64,000 nt of DNA from an uncultured delta proteobacterium (GTDB lineage: Bacteria; Desulfobacterota; Zymogenia; Zymogenales; Zymogenaceae), in NCBI GenBank assembly GCA_963735595.1, contig CAVTLK010000002.1, positions 736,001 through 800,000 of the forward strand, read 5' to 3'. Both the position numbers and the translations under genes were made by a program. The notes beneath the pieces are model-generated. The model worked only from the letters and a program-made list of their open reading frames with translations, was not told the DNA's origin and searched no databases. This document shows, piece by piece, positions 53,753 to 63,043 of this stretch; within the stretch, counting starts at the first letter, position 1, and each line of letters begins with the position of its first letter.

Positions 53753-54895
53753 CTATTCGAGGTTCTTGAGTATGTCCTCGGCAACCGAAACGCCGCTGCC
53801 GAGCTTAACGCCAAACCCGAGGCTCTTGAGGGTCATCTCGACGGCGGCAAGCGTCATGATAATATCAAAACGGTCAACCCAACCCATGTGGGCTATCCTG
53901 AATATCTTCCCCTTGAGGGAGTCCTGCCCGCCGGCCACGGTGATCCCGTGGACGGTCCTGAGCCCCTTGACGATGTCCCCACCCGCGATATCGGCCGGCG
54001 CCTTGATGGCCGTGATCGAATTGCTGGGGGAGCCGGGCGCAAAGAGCTCCAGGCCCATCCCGACGGCCCCCTTCCGGGTGGCGTCGGCCATGACCGCGAA
54101 CCGGTCTAAGAGCTTCTCGAGCCCGATCTCCTTGATGATGGCGAGGGCCTCCCTCAAGCCCACGATGAGAGAGACCGCGGGCGTATAGGCGTTCTGGTTT
54201 TTGGCGAGGTTCTTCTCCTCTTTCTTGAAGTCGAAGTAGTATTTCGGGAGGGTGGAGCGGGAGACGAATTCCCACGCCTTATCCGATATCGAGACAAAGG
54301 CAAGTCCCGGGGGAAGCATCAGGCCCTTCTGCGAGCCCGCCACGACCACGTCAAGCCCCCAGTCGTCCACCGGAAGGGGGATGACCCCGAGGGCCGATAT
54401 GGCGTCTACGACCAGAATCGTATCGGCCTTCTTCCTGACGATATCGGCTATCTCTTTGACCGGATGACCGACGCCGGTGGAGGTCTCCGACGCCTGGATA
54501 AAGACGGCCTTGACGTCCTTATTGGCGGCAAGCGTCTCTTCGATCTGGGCCGGTTTAACGGCCTGTCCCCACGGGACGTCGATGTTGATGGTCTTCACGC
54601 CGTAGACGGTCGCGATTTCGGTCCAGCGCTCCCCGAACTTACCGCCGCGGACTGCAATGACGGTATCACCGGCAGACAGCGTATTGACGATGGCGGCCTC
54701 CATTGCGCCGGTGCCGGAGGATGCATGTATGATGACTTCCTTTTTTGTCTTAAAAAGATATTTAAGTCCTTCGCGAACGTCGGCGAGTATCGCCTCGAAC
54801 TTCGGCGCCCGGTGGTGGATAATCGGCCCGGACATCGCCATGAGAACCCGTTCCGGGACAGGTGTCGGGCCGGGCGTCATCAGGTATTCCTTCAT
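53753..54895 (-). CDS. Class V PLP aminotransferase (alanine/serine-glyoxylate family)
   Basis: TPGPTPVP, SGTGAME, ETSTG, VDAIS, GSQKGLMLPPG. Confidence 0.92.
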   Translation of the reverse strand: MKEYLMTPGPTPVPERVLMAMSGPIIHHRAPKFEAILADVREGLKYLFKTKKEVIIHASSGTGAMEAAIVNTLSAGDTVIAVRGGKFGERWTEIATVYGVKTINIDVPWGQAVKPAQIEETLAANKDVKAVFIQASETSTGVGHPVKEIADIVRKKADTILVVDAISALGVIPLPVDDWGLDVVVAGSQKGLMLPPGLAFVSISDKAWEFVSRSTLPKYYFDFKKEEKNLAKNQNAYTPAVSLIVGLREALAIIKEIGLEKLLDRFAVMADATRKGAVGMGLELFAPGSPSNSITAIKAPADIAGGDIVKGLRTVHGITVAGGQDSLKGKIFRIAHMGWVDRFDIIMTLAAVEMTLKSLGFGVKLGSGVSVAEDILKNLE

Positions 54896-54982
54896 TGCTA
54901 TTCCTCGAAAGCGGTTATAATAAAAATCGCCATAACGTGTTATCAGAATCACGGTGACTTGTCAAGAGAAATGAACAGCCGT

Positions 54983-56686
54983 TCATTTCTCCGCCGAAAA
55001 CACCGTGGCCTCGAGGGGTCCGATGCGCCACGCGCCGGATGGAAGGCGGTCGGCCTCGTCCCGGCGGTTGGAAACCAGGACGCGCCACGCGCGCCCGTCC
55101 CGGCGTGAGCCGCCCCCCGCGGGGCCAAAGTTGACGGCCGAATCGGAGAAGTTGAGGACGACCAGGCATTGCTCGTCCCGATACTCCCTGAGATAGGCGA
55201 GGATACCCCGGGGTGTCTCCGGGAGGACTTCGATAGTCCCGCGGGTGAGCGCCGCGCTCTGCTTGCGCTTCCAGATGACGTTTCGGTAGAAGGAAAACAG
55301 CGACGACCGATCGTCGGCCTGGGCGGCCACGTTGACGGTCCGGTAATCGGGATTCACCGGAAGCCACGTTGATGATGCCGAGGAAAAACCCGCCGAAGTC
55401 GAGACGTCCCACTGCATGGGGGTCCGGGCCGAGTCCCTGCCCACGGGGATGGGCCAGTACCGGATGCCCACGGGGTCGCGCAAGTCTTTTTTCCTGATGG
55501 AGAGGTTACTCATCCCGATTTCCTCCCCATAGTAGAGGAACGGGGTGCCGCGAACCGTCAATAACAGCATGGCCGCTACCTGGGCCCGGCCGGTCGTCCG
55601 GGCCTCGTCCCGGGTGCCGTACCTCCCGATATGACGCATGCGGTCGTGGTTGGACAGGAAATAGACGGGCCACGCCTTCTTCGGGAGGGCCGCCTCCCAC
55701 GAGGCGATGGCCGATCGAAAGGAATCGGGGCAAAAGCGTTGATTGGCGAAGTGGAAATAGAAGGAGAGATTCAGTCCGTCCGTGCCGTTGCCGTAATAGC
55801 GGGCCGGCACGTTGGGATCGTCGTTGGAAATCTCCCCGACGAGCATCCGGTCACCATAGGAATCCACGAGCCGGCGCATTTCGCGCACGACCTCCAAGTT
55901 TTCGGGAAGGAGGTCCTTGTCGTAGAGATGACGCTGCATGTCGTAGGGACGGCGGCCGATACAATAGGGATTGGAGCGCAGCTGTTTATCTTTAAAAATA
56001 AAATTGATCACATCCAGACGGAATCCGTCCACGCCCTTGTCCAGCCAGAATCTCATCTGGTCGTACATCGCGTTTCGCAGCTCGGGATTCCTCCAGTTGA
56101 CGTCCGTCTGTTCGACGAGCCAGTGGTGATAGTAATACTCCTGGGTTTTCTCGTCCCATGTCCATGCCGGCCCCCCGAAGATCGATTGCCAGTTGTTGGG
56201 GCGGTACCGGCGCGGCGGTTTATCGCCGCCGGAGTAAGATCTCTTCAAGGGGCGGGAGGGCTGCGACCAGATATACCAGTCCCTCTTGGGATTGGTGCGG
56301 GAGCCGCGAGACTCCACGAACCAGGGGTGGAGGTGCGAGGTGTGGCTGGGGACGAAATCCAGGATGATCTTAATCCCGCGCTTATGGGCCTCCGAGAGGA
56401 GCCGGTCGAAATCGGCCATAGTCCCGTAGGAGGGATCAATATTCTTGTAATCCGAGATGTCGTAGCCGAAGTCGTACATCGGGGAGGGGTAGAATGGCGA
56501 AAACCAGATCGCGTCTATCCCGAGGGAGTTACCGGTCCCGTCGTTCAGGTAATCCAGGCGGGAGATGACGCCCGAAAGGTCGCCGATCCCGTCGCCGTTG
56601 GAGTCCATGAAGCTGCGCGGGTAGATCTGGTAGACGATCCCGTCTTTCCACCAGTCTTTCGTTTGTGAGATGTCCTGTAGTTTCAT
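54983..56686 (-). CDS. GH13 alpha-glucosidase/oligo-1,6-glucosidase
   Basis: YQIYPRSF.DSNGDGIGDL, GFRLDV, GE, SNHD, GRD..RTPMQW. Confidence 0.93.
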   Translation of the reverse strand: MKLQDISQTKDWWKDGIVYQIYPRSFMDSNGDGIGDLSGVISRLDYLNDGTGNSLGIDAIWFSPFYPSPMYDFGYDISDYKNIDPSYGTMADFDRLLSEAHKRGIKIILDFVPSHTSHLHPWFVESRGSRTNPKRDWYIWSQPSRPLKRSYSGGDKPPRRYRPNNWQSIFGGPAWTWDEKTQEYYYHHWLVEQTDVNWRNPELRNAMYDQMRFWLDKGVDGFRLDVINFIFKDKQLRSNPYCIGRRPYDMQRHLYDKDLLPENLEVVREMRRLVDSYGDRMLVGEISNDDPNVPARYYGNGTDGLNLSFYFHFANQRFCPDSFRSAIASWEAALPKKAWPVYFLSNHDRMRHIGRYGTRDEARTTGRAQVAAMLLLTVRGTPFLYYGEEIGMSNLSIRKKDLRDPVGIRYWPIPVGRDSARTPMQWDVSTSAGFSSASSTWLPVNPDYRTVNVAAQADDRSSLFSFYRNVIWKRKQSAALTRGTIEVLPETPRGILAYLREYRDEQCLVVLNFSDSAVNFGPAGGGSRRDGRAWRVLVSNRRDEADRLPSGAWRIGPLEATVFSAEK

Positions 56687-56768
56687 ACGGCCCCCGTTAT
56701 GGAGTGTGCCAACAGTAATAGCAGATTAGGGATGGTATTTCAAGGAAAGATTCGGGCACTATTTTCGT

Positions 56769-58310
56769 CTACAGCGGGGTCTTCATGGACGTGACGACAA
56801 TGGCGGCCGTCCCACCCACCGGGCATTTATACTCGCATATACCGCAGCCGACGCAGAGGTCGTAGAGCACGACGGGTTTCTTGAGCGGATTGCCGTCGGC
56901 TGACTTCTCTCCGGGGACCTCGGTGAACGCGATGGCCTTATCGGCGGTGGGGCAGTGCTCCTGGCAGACGGCGCAGTTGACGCCGTAGGCATAGGGGAGG
57001 CAGCGGTTTGTATTGATATAGGCCTTCCCGATGACGGTGGTAAGCTTATCCGTCGGGGTTAGCTCCGTGATGGCCTTGGTGGGGCACACCTGGCCGCAGA
57101 GGGTGCACCGGTACTCGCAGTAGCCCACCCGCGGGACGAGGATCGGGCTGTATATCCCCTCGATGCCGCCCAGGCTCAGGTCCGGCTGGAGGCCGCCGGT
57201 GGGGCAGACCATCATGCACTCGGAACACCTGATGCACCGGGAGAGGAAGTCGGCCTCCGGGCCCGCCCCCGGCGGCCGGATGAGGGCGTCGATACCCTGG
57301 GTGTCTTTCAGCCGCCTGCCCGCGCCGATCGACAACAGCGGCCCGACCAGGAGGCCACCGGCCAGTGAGCCGACCAGCCAGCGGCGCGACGCGGTGGGGA
57401 CCGTTCGCTTCGGTTTTAACCCGATCGAGTAGGCGGCCTTCCCGTCGGGGCACTCACGGACGCAGTCAAGCGTCAGGATGCACTCACCCTTACGGAAGGC
57501 GCCGTCACGTGAAAAGGCCCCGGTGTCGCAGACCTCCCGGCACCGCTCGCACCCCGGGCAGAGGGCCGGTGGTTTGCGCTTCAGAAACGATATACCGGCT
57601 ATCAACGAGAGGAGCGCCCCGAGGGGGCAGAGGTACCGGCACCAGAAGCGGGGCCTGATTACCTCCAGTGCAATGATGGCGAGCAGGATAATGAGGCTCA
57701 ACCCTGCCAAAAAGAAATAGCCCTGACGAAAGGGGAGGACCGTCGCCTTCAGGCCTGTAAGCAGGGCGTCAGCCGACGGGCCAATGATCGGAACGTCCCA
57801 TTTGACCAGTGCACCGAGAACGCCGTATGCGACCACAGACACCATCGGGTAGACGGCGACGGTCAGCGATCGAATCATGATCGAGAGGGGGTCGAACAGG
57901 CCGGCGGCGTTCGCCGAAACCAGCGAGGCCGCCAGGACCCCCGCGAGCAGATAATACTTCAGGTTGAGGTTCGGCGCCCACCATTCCCGGCGGGGGGGGA
58001 TGAGCGGCCGCGCCAGGTCAAGGGTCGTCCCGAGGGGGCAAACCCAGCCGCAAAAGAACCGGCCGATAATAAGCGTGGCTGCCGCCAGAAGCAGCGAAGG
58101 CCAGAAGAAGGCGTTGATTGCCCGGGACGACGCGAGCGTCGAAAGGGCTACCAGCGGGTCGACCGATAAAAAGACATTTATCGGGTAATCGACTTGGTTG
58201 CCGCCCCGGTAGGAGGTGGTGACGAAGAGAACCAGAAATATCGCCAGGATCGAGATTTGAATCGTCCGCCTGAGGCCGGACGCCGGGCGGTGGTACCGCT
58301 TTCCCACCAC
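56769..58310 (-). CDS. Membrane polyferredoxin (NapH/NapG- or MauN/MauM-like fusion)
   Basis: GRFFCGWVCPLG, RFWCRYLCPLG, RPPGA, multiple CxxCxxxCP. Confidence 0.88.
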   Translation of the reverse strand: MVGKRYHRPASGLRRTIQISILAIFLVLFVTTSYRGGNQVDYPINVFLSVDPLVALSTLASSRAINAFFWPSLLLAAATLIIGRFFCGWVCPLGTTLDLARPLIPPRREWWAPNLNLKYYLLAGVLAASLVSANAAGLFDPLSIMIRSLTVAVYPMVSVVAYGVLGALVKWDVPIIGPSADALLTGLKATVLPFRQGYFFLAGLSLIILLAIIALEVIRPRFWCRYLCPLGALLSLIAGISFLKRKPPALCPGCERCREVCDTGAFSRDGAFRKGECILTLDCVRECPDGKAAYSIGLKPKRTVPTASRRWLVGSLAGGLLVGPLLSIGAGRRLKDTQGIDALIRPPGAGPEADFLSRCIRCSECMMVCPTGGLQPDLSLGGIEGIYSPILVPRVGYCEYRCTLCGQVCPTKAITELTPTDKLTTVIGKAYINTNRCLPYAYGVNCAVCQEHCPTADKAIAFTEVPGEKSADGNPLKKPVVLYDLCVGCGICEYKCPVGGTAAIVVTSMKTPL

Positions 58311-59267
58311 TTAGCCCCCGATGATCCTGACCCTGGAGAGGTCAATCTGCCCCAATCCCATCTCCGCGGCCCGGACGATGTGGCCGATGTCGGCTCCCTT
58401 CATGCCGAAGAGCGTGGCGCCGTAGGAGTCGACGGCCACCGGATCAACACCCGCGATTATGCGGTTGGTTACCCTGACGTGCGTGAGATCACCCCCGGAC
58501 GGCCCGTTGTCGAACATCACGCGGGTGGCGTCAAGGACGATGAGTGCGGGTTTTATAAAGCTCGAGATATCGGCAATCTTCTGATCGATTCCTACGTGGA
58601 TCCGGCCGCGGTTTCCCCCGATAATTCCCATCAGGTTTTTCATGGAGAGTGTCAGCGTGGTGGAGCCGTGGTTTTTTGCTACCGGGACGTTGATAAATTT
58701 ATCGGCGTCCAGCGCCTCTTTGTAAAACGTCCACTCCGTGAGCTTCTTGGCCCGTGGGAGTTTCCTGGTTACCCACTTGTTGTCGTCGATATATTCGACC
58801 TTCGCCTTCGGGCTCTTGAGCCCCTCCACTGCAGCCTTTATGCCGCTTGTGGCATAGGACCTTCGGGCGTCGACGCACGGGTTGTCGAAGACGAAGACCT
58901 TGGCGGCGCCGGCATCGAGACACATCTGGACGATTGTCCGAACGACCACGGGGTGCGTATTACCGCCGTACTGGGGCGCACTGTCCCAGCCGATATTGGG
59001 TTTGACTACAACCCGCTCGCCCCCCGAGATAAACGCGCCGATACCCCCGATCCCGCCGACGGCGTCGATAACGGCGTTCGCGTAGTTTGTTCCCTTACCG
59101 ATCGAAAGCGTGCCGGTTTTCGTCGCTGCGAAGAGATCGAGGGGCGCGACTGCCGCCGGGGCGAGTAAGGCCAGAGAGGATGTGCAGAGCGCTCTAACCA
59201 GAAACGACCGGCGGTCGATAGCGTCCGGGGATGACCGATGCTTGTTAGCGTTGTTACCATCGCGCAT
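58311..59267 (-). CDS. Tat-exported DUF362 protein
   Basis: DRRSFL, VVKPNIGW, THP, INVP.AKNH, MKNLMG, DPVAVD. Confidence 0.88.
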   Translation of the reverse strand: MRDGNNANKHRSSPDAIDRRSFLVRALCTSSLALLAPAAVAPLDLFAATKTGTLSIGKGTNYANAVIDAVGGIGGIGAFISGGERVVVKPNIGWDSAPQYGGNTHPVVVRTIVQMCLDAGAAKVFVFDNPCVDARRSYATSGIKAAVEGLKSPKAKVEYIDDNKWVTRKLPRAKKLTEWTFYKEALDADKFINVPVAKNHGSTTLTLSMKNLMGIIGGNRGRIHVGIDQKIADISSFIKPALIVLDATRVMFDNGPSGGDLTHVRVTNRIIAGVDPVAVDSYGATLFGMKGADIGHIVRAAEMGLGQIDLSRVRIIGG

Positions 59268-59330
59268 AGATACCCTCCGTTGCGGATGGCGAGGAGACGA
59301 GCCCGTTTACGTCTATTAGCCCTATTCGCC

Positions 59331-59486
59331 CTATTCGTCTTTGCTCTCGGCCGGCGCCGTACCGGAGACTTCCTCGGTATATACCTGGGCTACACTTTGT
59401 ACGGCAATGCCCGCGGCCTTGAGGGCGGCGGTGATGTCTCCTGCCTTGGTGTCGTAGGTCTTGAGAATGTAGTTGACCTGTTTCAT
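59331..59486 (-). CDS. 51-aa small protein missed by ORF track
   Basis: AAGGA RBS; MKQVNYILKTYDTKAGDITAALKAAGIAVQSVAQVYTEEVSGTAPAESKDE; co-oriented just upstream of DUF362. Confidence 0.6.
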   Translation of the reverse strand: MKQVNYILKTYDTKAGDITAALKAAGIAVQSVAQVYTEEVSGTAPAESKDE

Positions 59487-59689
59487 TTAGTTTGGTCCTT
59501 TAGTAAGTGGTGCCGGTATCGGAATGCCAATATAATAACTATACCATGCCGTGCCGTGCCTGTCCAGACGGTGCGCCGATTTTTTTTATGGATGCCCGGG
59601 ATGGGTATAGTGGACGTCGGGGTGAGGGACGGCGAGGAAGCGAAGAAGTCCGGGGCGGGATTTCCATCCCGCCCCGGATTACAGCAATA

Positions 59690-61189
59690 TTAGAGATCCC
59701 ACATTCTCATAAAGCCAACCGATACCGTCCAGTCAGGATCGTATTCGGCAAGTCCGGCAGCGCCCGAGACGTAGAAGGCGGATTTGCCGACGAGGAACCT
59801 GAGGCCGCCGCCGGCCATGTAGCTCCGGACGGTCTCCGCGGTGGAGAACTTACCATAGAACTCGCCATATACGGACATCCAGTTGGTCACGGCATATTCC
59901 GTACCGAGGGAGACGACGTACGAGTCGTTCTGGCTGTTCAGATTTTCGGGATCACCCTCGATCACAAGGCCTGCGTTTGCATGGGCGGCCAGTTTCTTGT
60001 ACGAGACCGACGCAAGGATGAGGCCGGTGAAATCCATCTTTCCGCTGTCCAACCCGTCGTCATACGAATCCAGGGGAAGTTTGACGTCGGTAAGGAATCC
60101 GAAGCGGAATGCTCCAACCTCCCAGGGAGATACCTTGAAGCTGACGTGGACGTTTGAAATGCCGTCGGTATCACCATAGGCGGGGGAATCGTCAAGGAAA
60201 TAATACGAACTGGAGAATCCGATATCGACGCCGTTTGCCAGACCGACCCTGAACTCCTTGAAAAAGGCATCATAGAGCATCGAGTCGTCCGAGTAACCCG
60301 CAGCCGAAAGGCCCAGCCCGGTGTAGACCTCGCCCTTCCCGACCGTCCATGCCTCCCTGGTTTTCATCGGGAAGGGGTAGTAGGCCAGACGCAGGGGGGA
60401 CTCATCGGTGTAGAACGACAGCGCGCCGCTGGGTCCGACAGCCCATACGCGGGAGAGGGACAGTCCGGCCGACCACTCGGGTGTATCCGACGTCAGGCCG
60501 TACGACCCGGTGACACCCCATTCCCATCCCCAGGCGAGGGGGCCGACGACGCCGAGGGAGACCGCTGCGATTTCGTGATCTTCGTCGCCGGCGGTTCCGG
60601 CAACGTCAGCCACGATTGACCAGTGATCGGTAATCAGGTATTCTACGCCCACGCCGTAGGCGAACAGGTAGTCATAGTGGCGGTAGCGCTGGCCGTCGCC
60701 GATAACGGCCAGGCCGGCGTTGAGGTTGATCTTCAGGTTCTTAACCGTCGCGGTATAGAGCCCGGTTACGAAGAAATCCTGTTCGTCGGTTCCAATCCCG
60801 TTAAATTCCTGGGCGTTTGGGAGCTTGGTCGCGATCGAAAAGCCGAGCCGCCCCCAGGGCCCCTTCCAGGGAGACACCTTGAGGCCGATAGTAAGGTCAC
60901 CGGAGCCAGAATCCGTGCTGTCGTCGGACCACCGGCGCGTCATATAACCGCCGTATCTGAGGATCAGATCGGTATCGTCCGAGACGCCCCACGCCGCGTC
61001 GAAGCCGGGCGTGCTCAGGAGCAGCGAAGAATCGGGAAGCTCCGAAGCCGAGAATTTTAAGTCAAAACGGAGGTTCCCGCCCCCGACGGTCTCGGCGCGG
61101 TCGGTAGTCAGAGGGTTGAGCTCAGCGGCCTGCGCGGAAACCCCGGCGGTGAGTAGCCCCACAAGAACGAGGAAGAGAATCCTTTTCAT
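59690..61189 (-). CDS. Outer-membrane protein with two tandem putative transporter (COG4313/MetA-pathway-like) barrel repeats
   Basis: Signal peptide; halves start PLTTDRAETVGGG and PMKTREAWTVGKG; parallel K(V/L)SPW, KLP, N/HAG and P(E/D)W motifs. Confidence 0.7.
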   Translation of the reverse strand: MKRILFLVLVGLLTAGVSAQAAELNPLTTDRAETVGGGNLRFDLKFSASELPDSSLLLSTPGFDAAWGVSDDTDLILRYGGYMTRRWSDDSTDSGSGDLTIGLKVSPWKGPWGRLGFSIATKLPNAQEFNGIGTDEQDFFVTGLYTATVKNLKINLNAGLAVIGDGQRYRHYDYLFAYGVGVEYLITDHWSIVADVAGTAGDEDHEIAAVSLGVVGPLAWGWEWGVTGSYGLTSDTPEWSAGLSLSRVWAVGPSGALSFYTDESPLRLAYYPFPMKTREAWTVGKGEVYTGLGLSAAGYSDDSMLYDAFFKEFRVGLANGVDIGFSSSYYFLDDSPAYGDTDGISNVHVSFKVSPWEVGAFRFGFLTDVKLPLDSYDDGLDSGKMDFTGLILASVSYKKLAAHANAGLVIEGDPENLNSQNDSYVVSLGTEYAVTNWMSVYGEFYGKFSTAETVRSYMAGGGLRFLVGKSAFYVSGAAGLAEYDPDWTVSVGFMRMWDL

Positions 61190-61402
61190 TTTTCTACCTT
61201 CCATGAATTGATTACTTATTTATTCATTAGAAATAGAGCCAGTATAGTTCTACCATTTTATATCCCGTTTTGTCAAACAATAACGGGATACTGATAAACA
61301 GCACGCTCCGGCCGTCCGTTCGGCGGTCGCCCGACGGTTTTCTGTTGATTATTCGCCGTGTCGTTTGTAAAATAGTAACAGGACCATCCGATAGGATTAT
61401 CG

Positions 61403-62197
61403 GTGAGAATTCTCTGCTTTTTTGCGATAGTACTTGCCCTGATCGGCCCGCTGCGCGACGCGACGGCCGCCGCAGAGGACGTATCCCTGCTTCTCGGCCG
61501 GGGGGACGCCGCCTGGGAAAAACGGGGGACGGATGGGACCGTCGAAAACGGTAACGCCGCCAACCTTTTCCTCTCCGCCGCCAAAACCGCTCCCTACAAT
61601 TACGAAGCGCATTGGAAGGCCGCCCGCTGCCTCTGGTGGATGGCCGACCAGGACCTCCTGGCCAACGACAATAGAAACCGGCAGCGCGATCTCTCACGCG
61701 GGGCGATGGACCTTGCCGCCCGGGCTATCCTCATCCGGCCCGACGGAGTCGAGGGGCGTCTCTACTGGGCGCTGTCGGCCCTGCATTACTGCTACGGTGT
61801 CGGCATGGTCGATGCCCTCAAGGAGGGCATACAGGACGAAGCCGCGCGTCACCTTCTCTATTGTTACGAACATGACAAGACCGCCGGAGGGGGGATCGTC
61901 ATGCTGGGTCTCTCATCGCTGTATCGAACGGCGCCGTGGCCGCTGAGGGATTCGGGAAAGGCCGTCGATTACGCCCGCGAAGCCCTATCGGCGCGCCCGG
62001 GAAATATTCGGGCCGCGGTCTTCCTGGGTGTGGCAGTGGGGGCGGCCGGTCGGTACGACGAATCGTTGGAACTCCTCACCGTGGCCTCCGAAATGGACGG
62101 GGATACGGCGCTGGAACCCGACTGCACGTGGTGGAAACGTTTTGCCCGGACATGTATCGAGAGGGGGAACATACCCGATCCCGATAAACTGCTATAG
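61403..62197 (+). CDS. Secreted TPR-like protein (TatT-like)
   Basis: Signal peptide, YEAHWKAAR, PDGVEG..YWA, APWP..D..KA. Confidence 0.65.
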   Translation: MRILCFFAIVLALIGPLRDATAAAEDVSLLLGRGDAAWEKRGTDGTVENGNAANLFLSAAKTAPYNYEAHWKAARCLWWMADQDLLANDNRNRQRDLSRGAMDLAARAILIRPDGVEGRLYWALSALHYCYGVGMVDALKEGIQDEAARHLLYCYEHDKTAGGGIVMLGLSSLYRTAPWPLRDSGKAVDYAREALSARPGNIRAAVFLGVAVGAAGRYDESLELLTVASEMDGDTALEPDCTWWKRFARTCIERGNIPDPDKLL

Positions 62198-62256
62198 GGA
62201 GCGCCCTTCTCCGGATCGGGCGTCGGTCTATTCACGGGTCTAAACCGGTAACCGGG

Positions 62257-62826
62257 ATGAATGGCACGGGCGATTCTCAAGAGAAACTCGGTTGGTTTTC
62301 CCATATCCCGCTGGACTACTACATTGACCAGAAGGGGAGGGAGCATATCTTTCGGTTCGCCGGGAGGCGCGATTTCGAAAAGGTCATGGCGATGTACCGG
62401 GGATTTGAGCCGAAGCGGAGTAACATGGGGGTGCCGCCGGAAGACCCGGATCGACTTGAGGCATGGGTAACGCACTTCTTTGCGGAAGGCATCAGCAACC
62501 TCGTGGCGATGGACCCCGATGACTCGATCGTGGGGCACGCCGCCATCCTGCCCATAACTTCCGAGGTCTCCGAGTATTTCATGGCGGTGCTGCCGGTCGA
62601 CCAGAGCGCCGGGATCGGAGGTGTGCTGGCCCAGGTCGTCATAGAGGCCGCCCGGTACCTGAGGGTCAAGCGGCTCTGGATCTGTGTCGATAAATCAAAC
62701 GTCAGGGCGTTGCGTCTGCATCGGAGGCTCGGTTTCGTGATCCAGGAGGGAAGGCTCGGGTATGATTACGAGATGACCTACGAAGTCGGCAGCGCGGTGG
62801 GTGTGCACTACGGGTTGGAGACGTAG
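62257..62826 (+). CDS. GNAT acetyltransferase
   Basis: IVGHA, QSAGIG, N..ALRLHRRLGF. Confidence 0.85.
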   Translation: MNGTGDSQEKLGWFSHIPLDYYIDQKGREHIFRFAGRRDFEKVMAMYRGFEPKRSNMGVPPEDPDRLEAWVTHFFAEGISNLVAMDPDDSIVGHAAILPITSEVSEYFMAVLPVDQSAGIGGVLAQVVIEAARYLRVKRLWICVDKSNVRALRLHRRLGFVIQEGRLGYDYEMTYEVGSAVGVHYGLET

Positions 62827-63043
62827 GCCGGCGCCGTCCGGGGATTTCTCGTGACATACCGCGCGCGAGCGTATAAAATAACAATCAGATCCGATACCGC
62901 GGCGCCGGTATCTCCGCATCTCACATTCGCGCCGCTCCCGAAATACCGTGGTTCCCCCGTGCTCCGGGCCCTTCCCCGATGATTGATCGATTTCTGCGGG
63001 CGTCCGGGAGCGGGTTTTTTCCTCAACAAGGGTAGAGTCGCGC

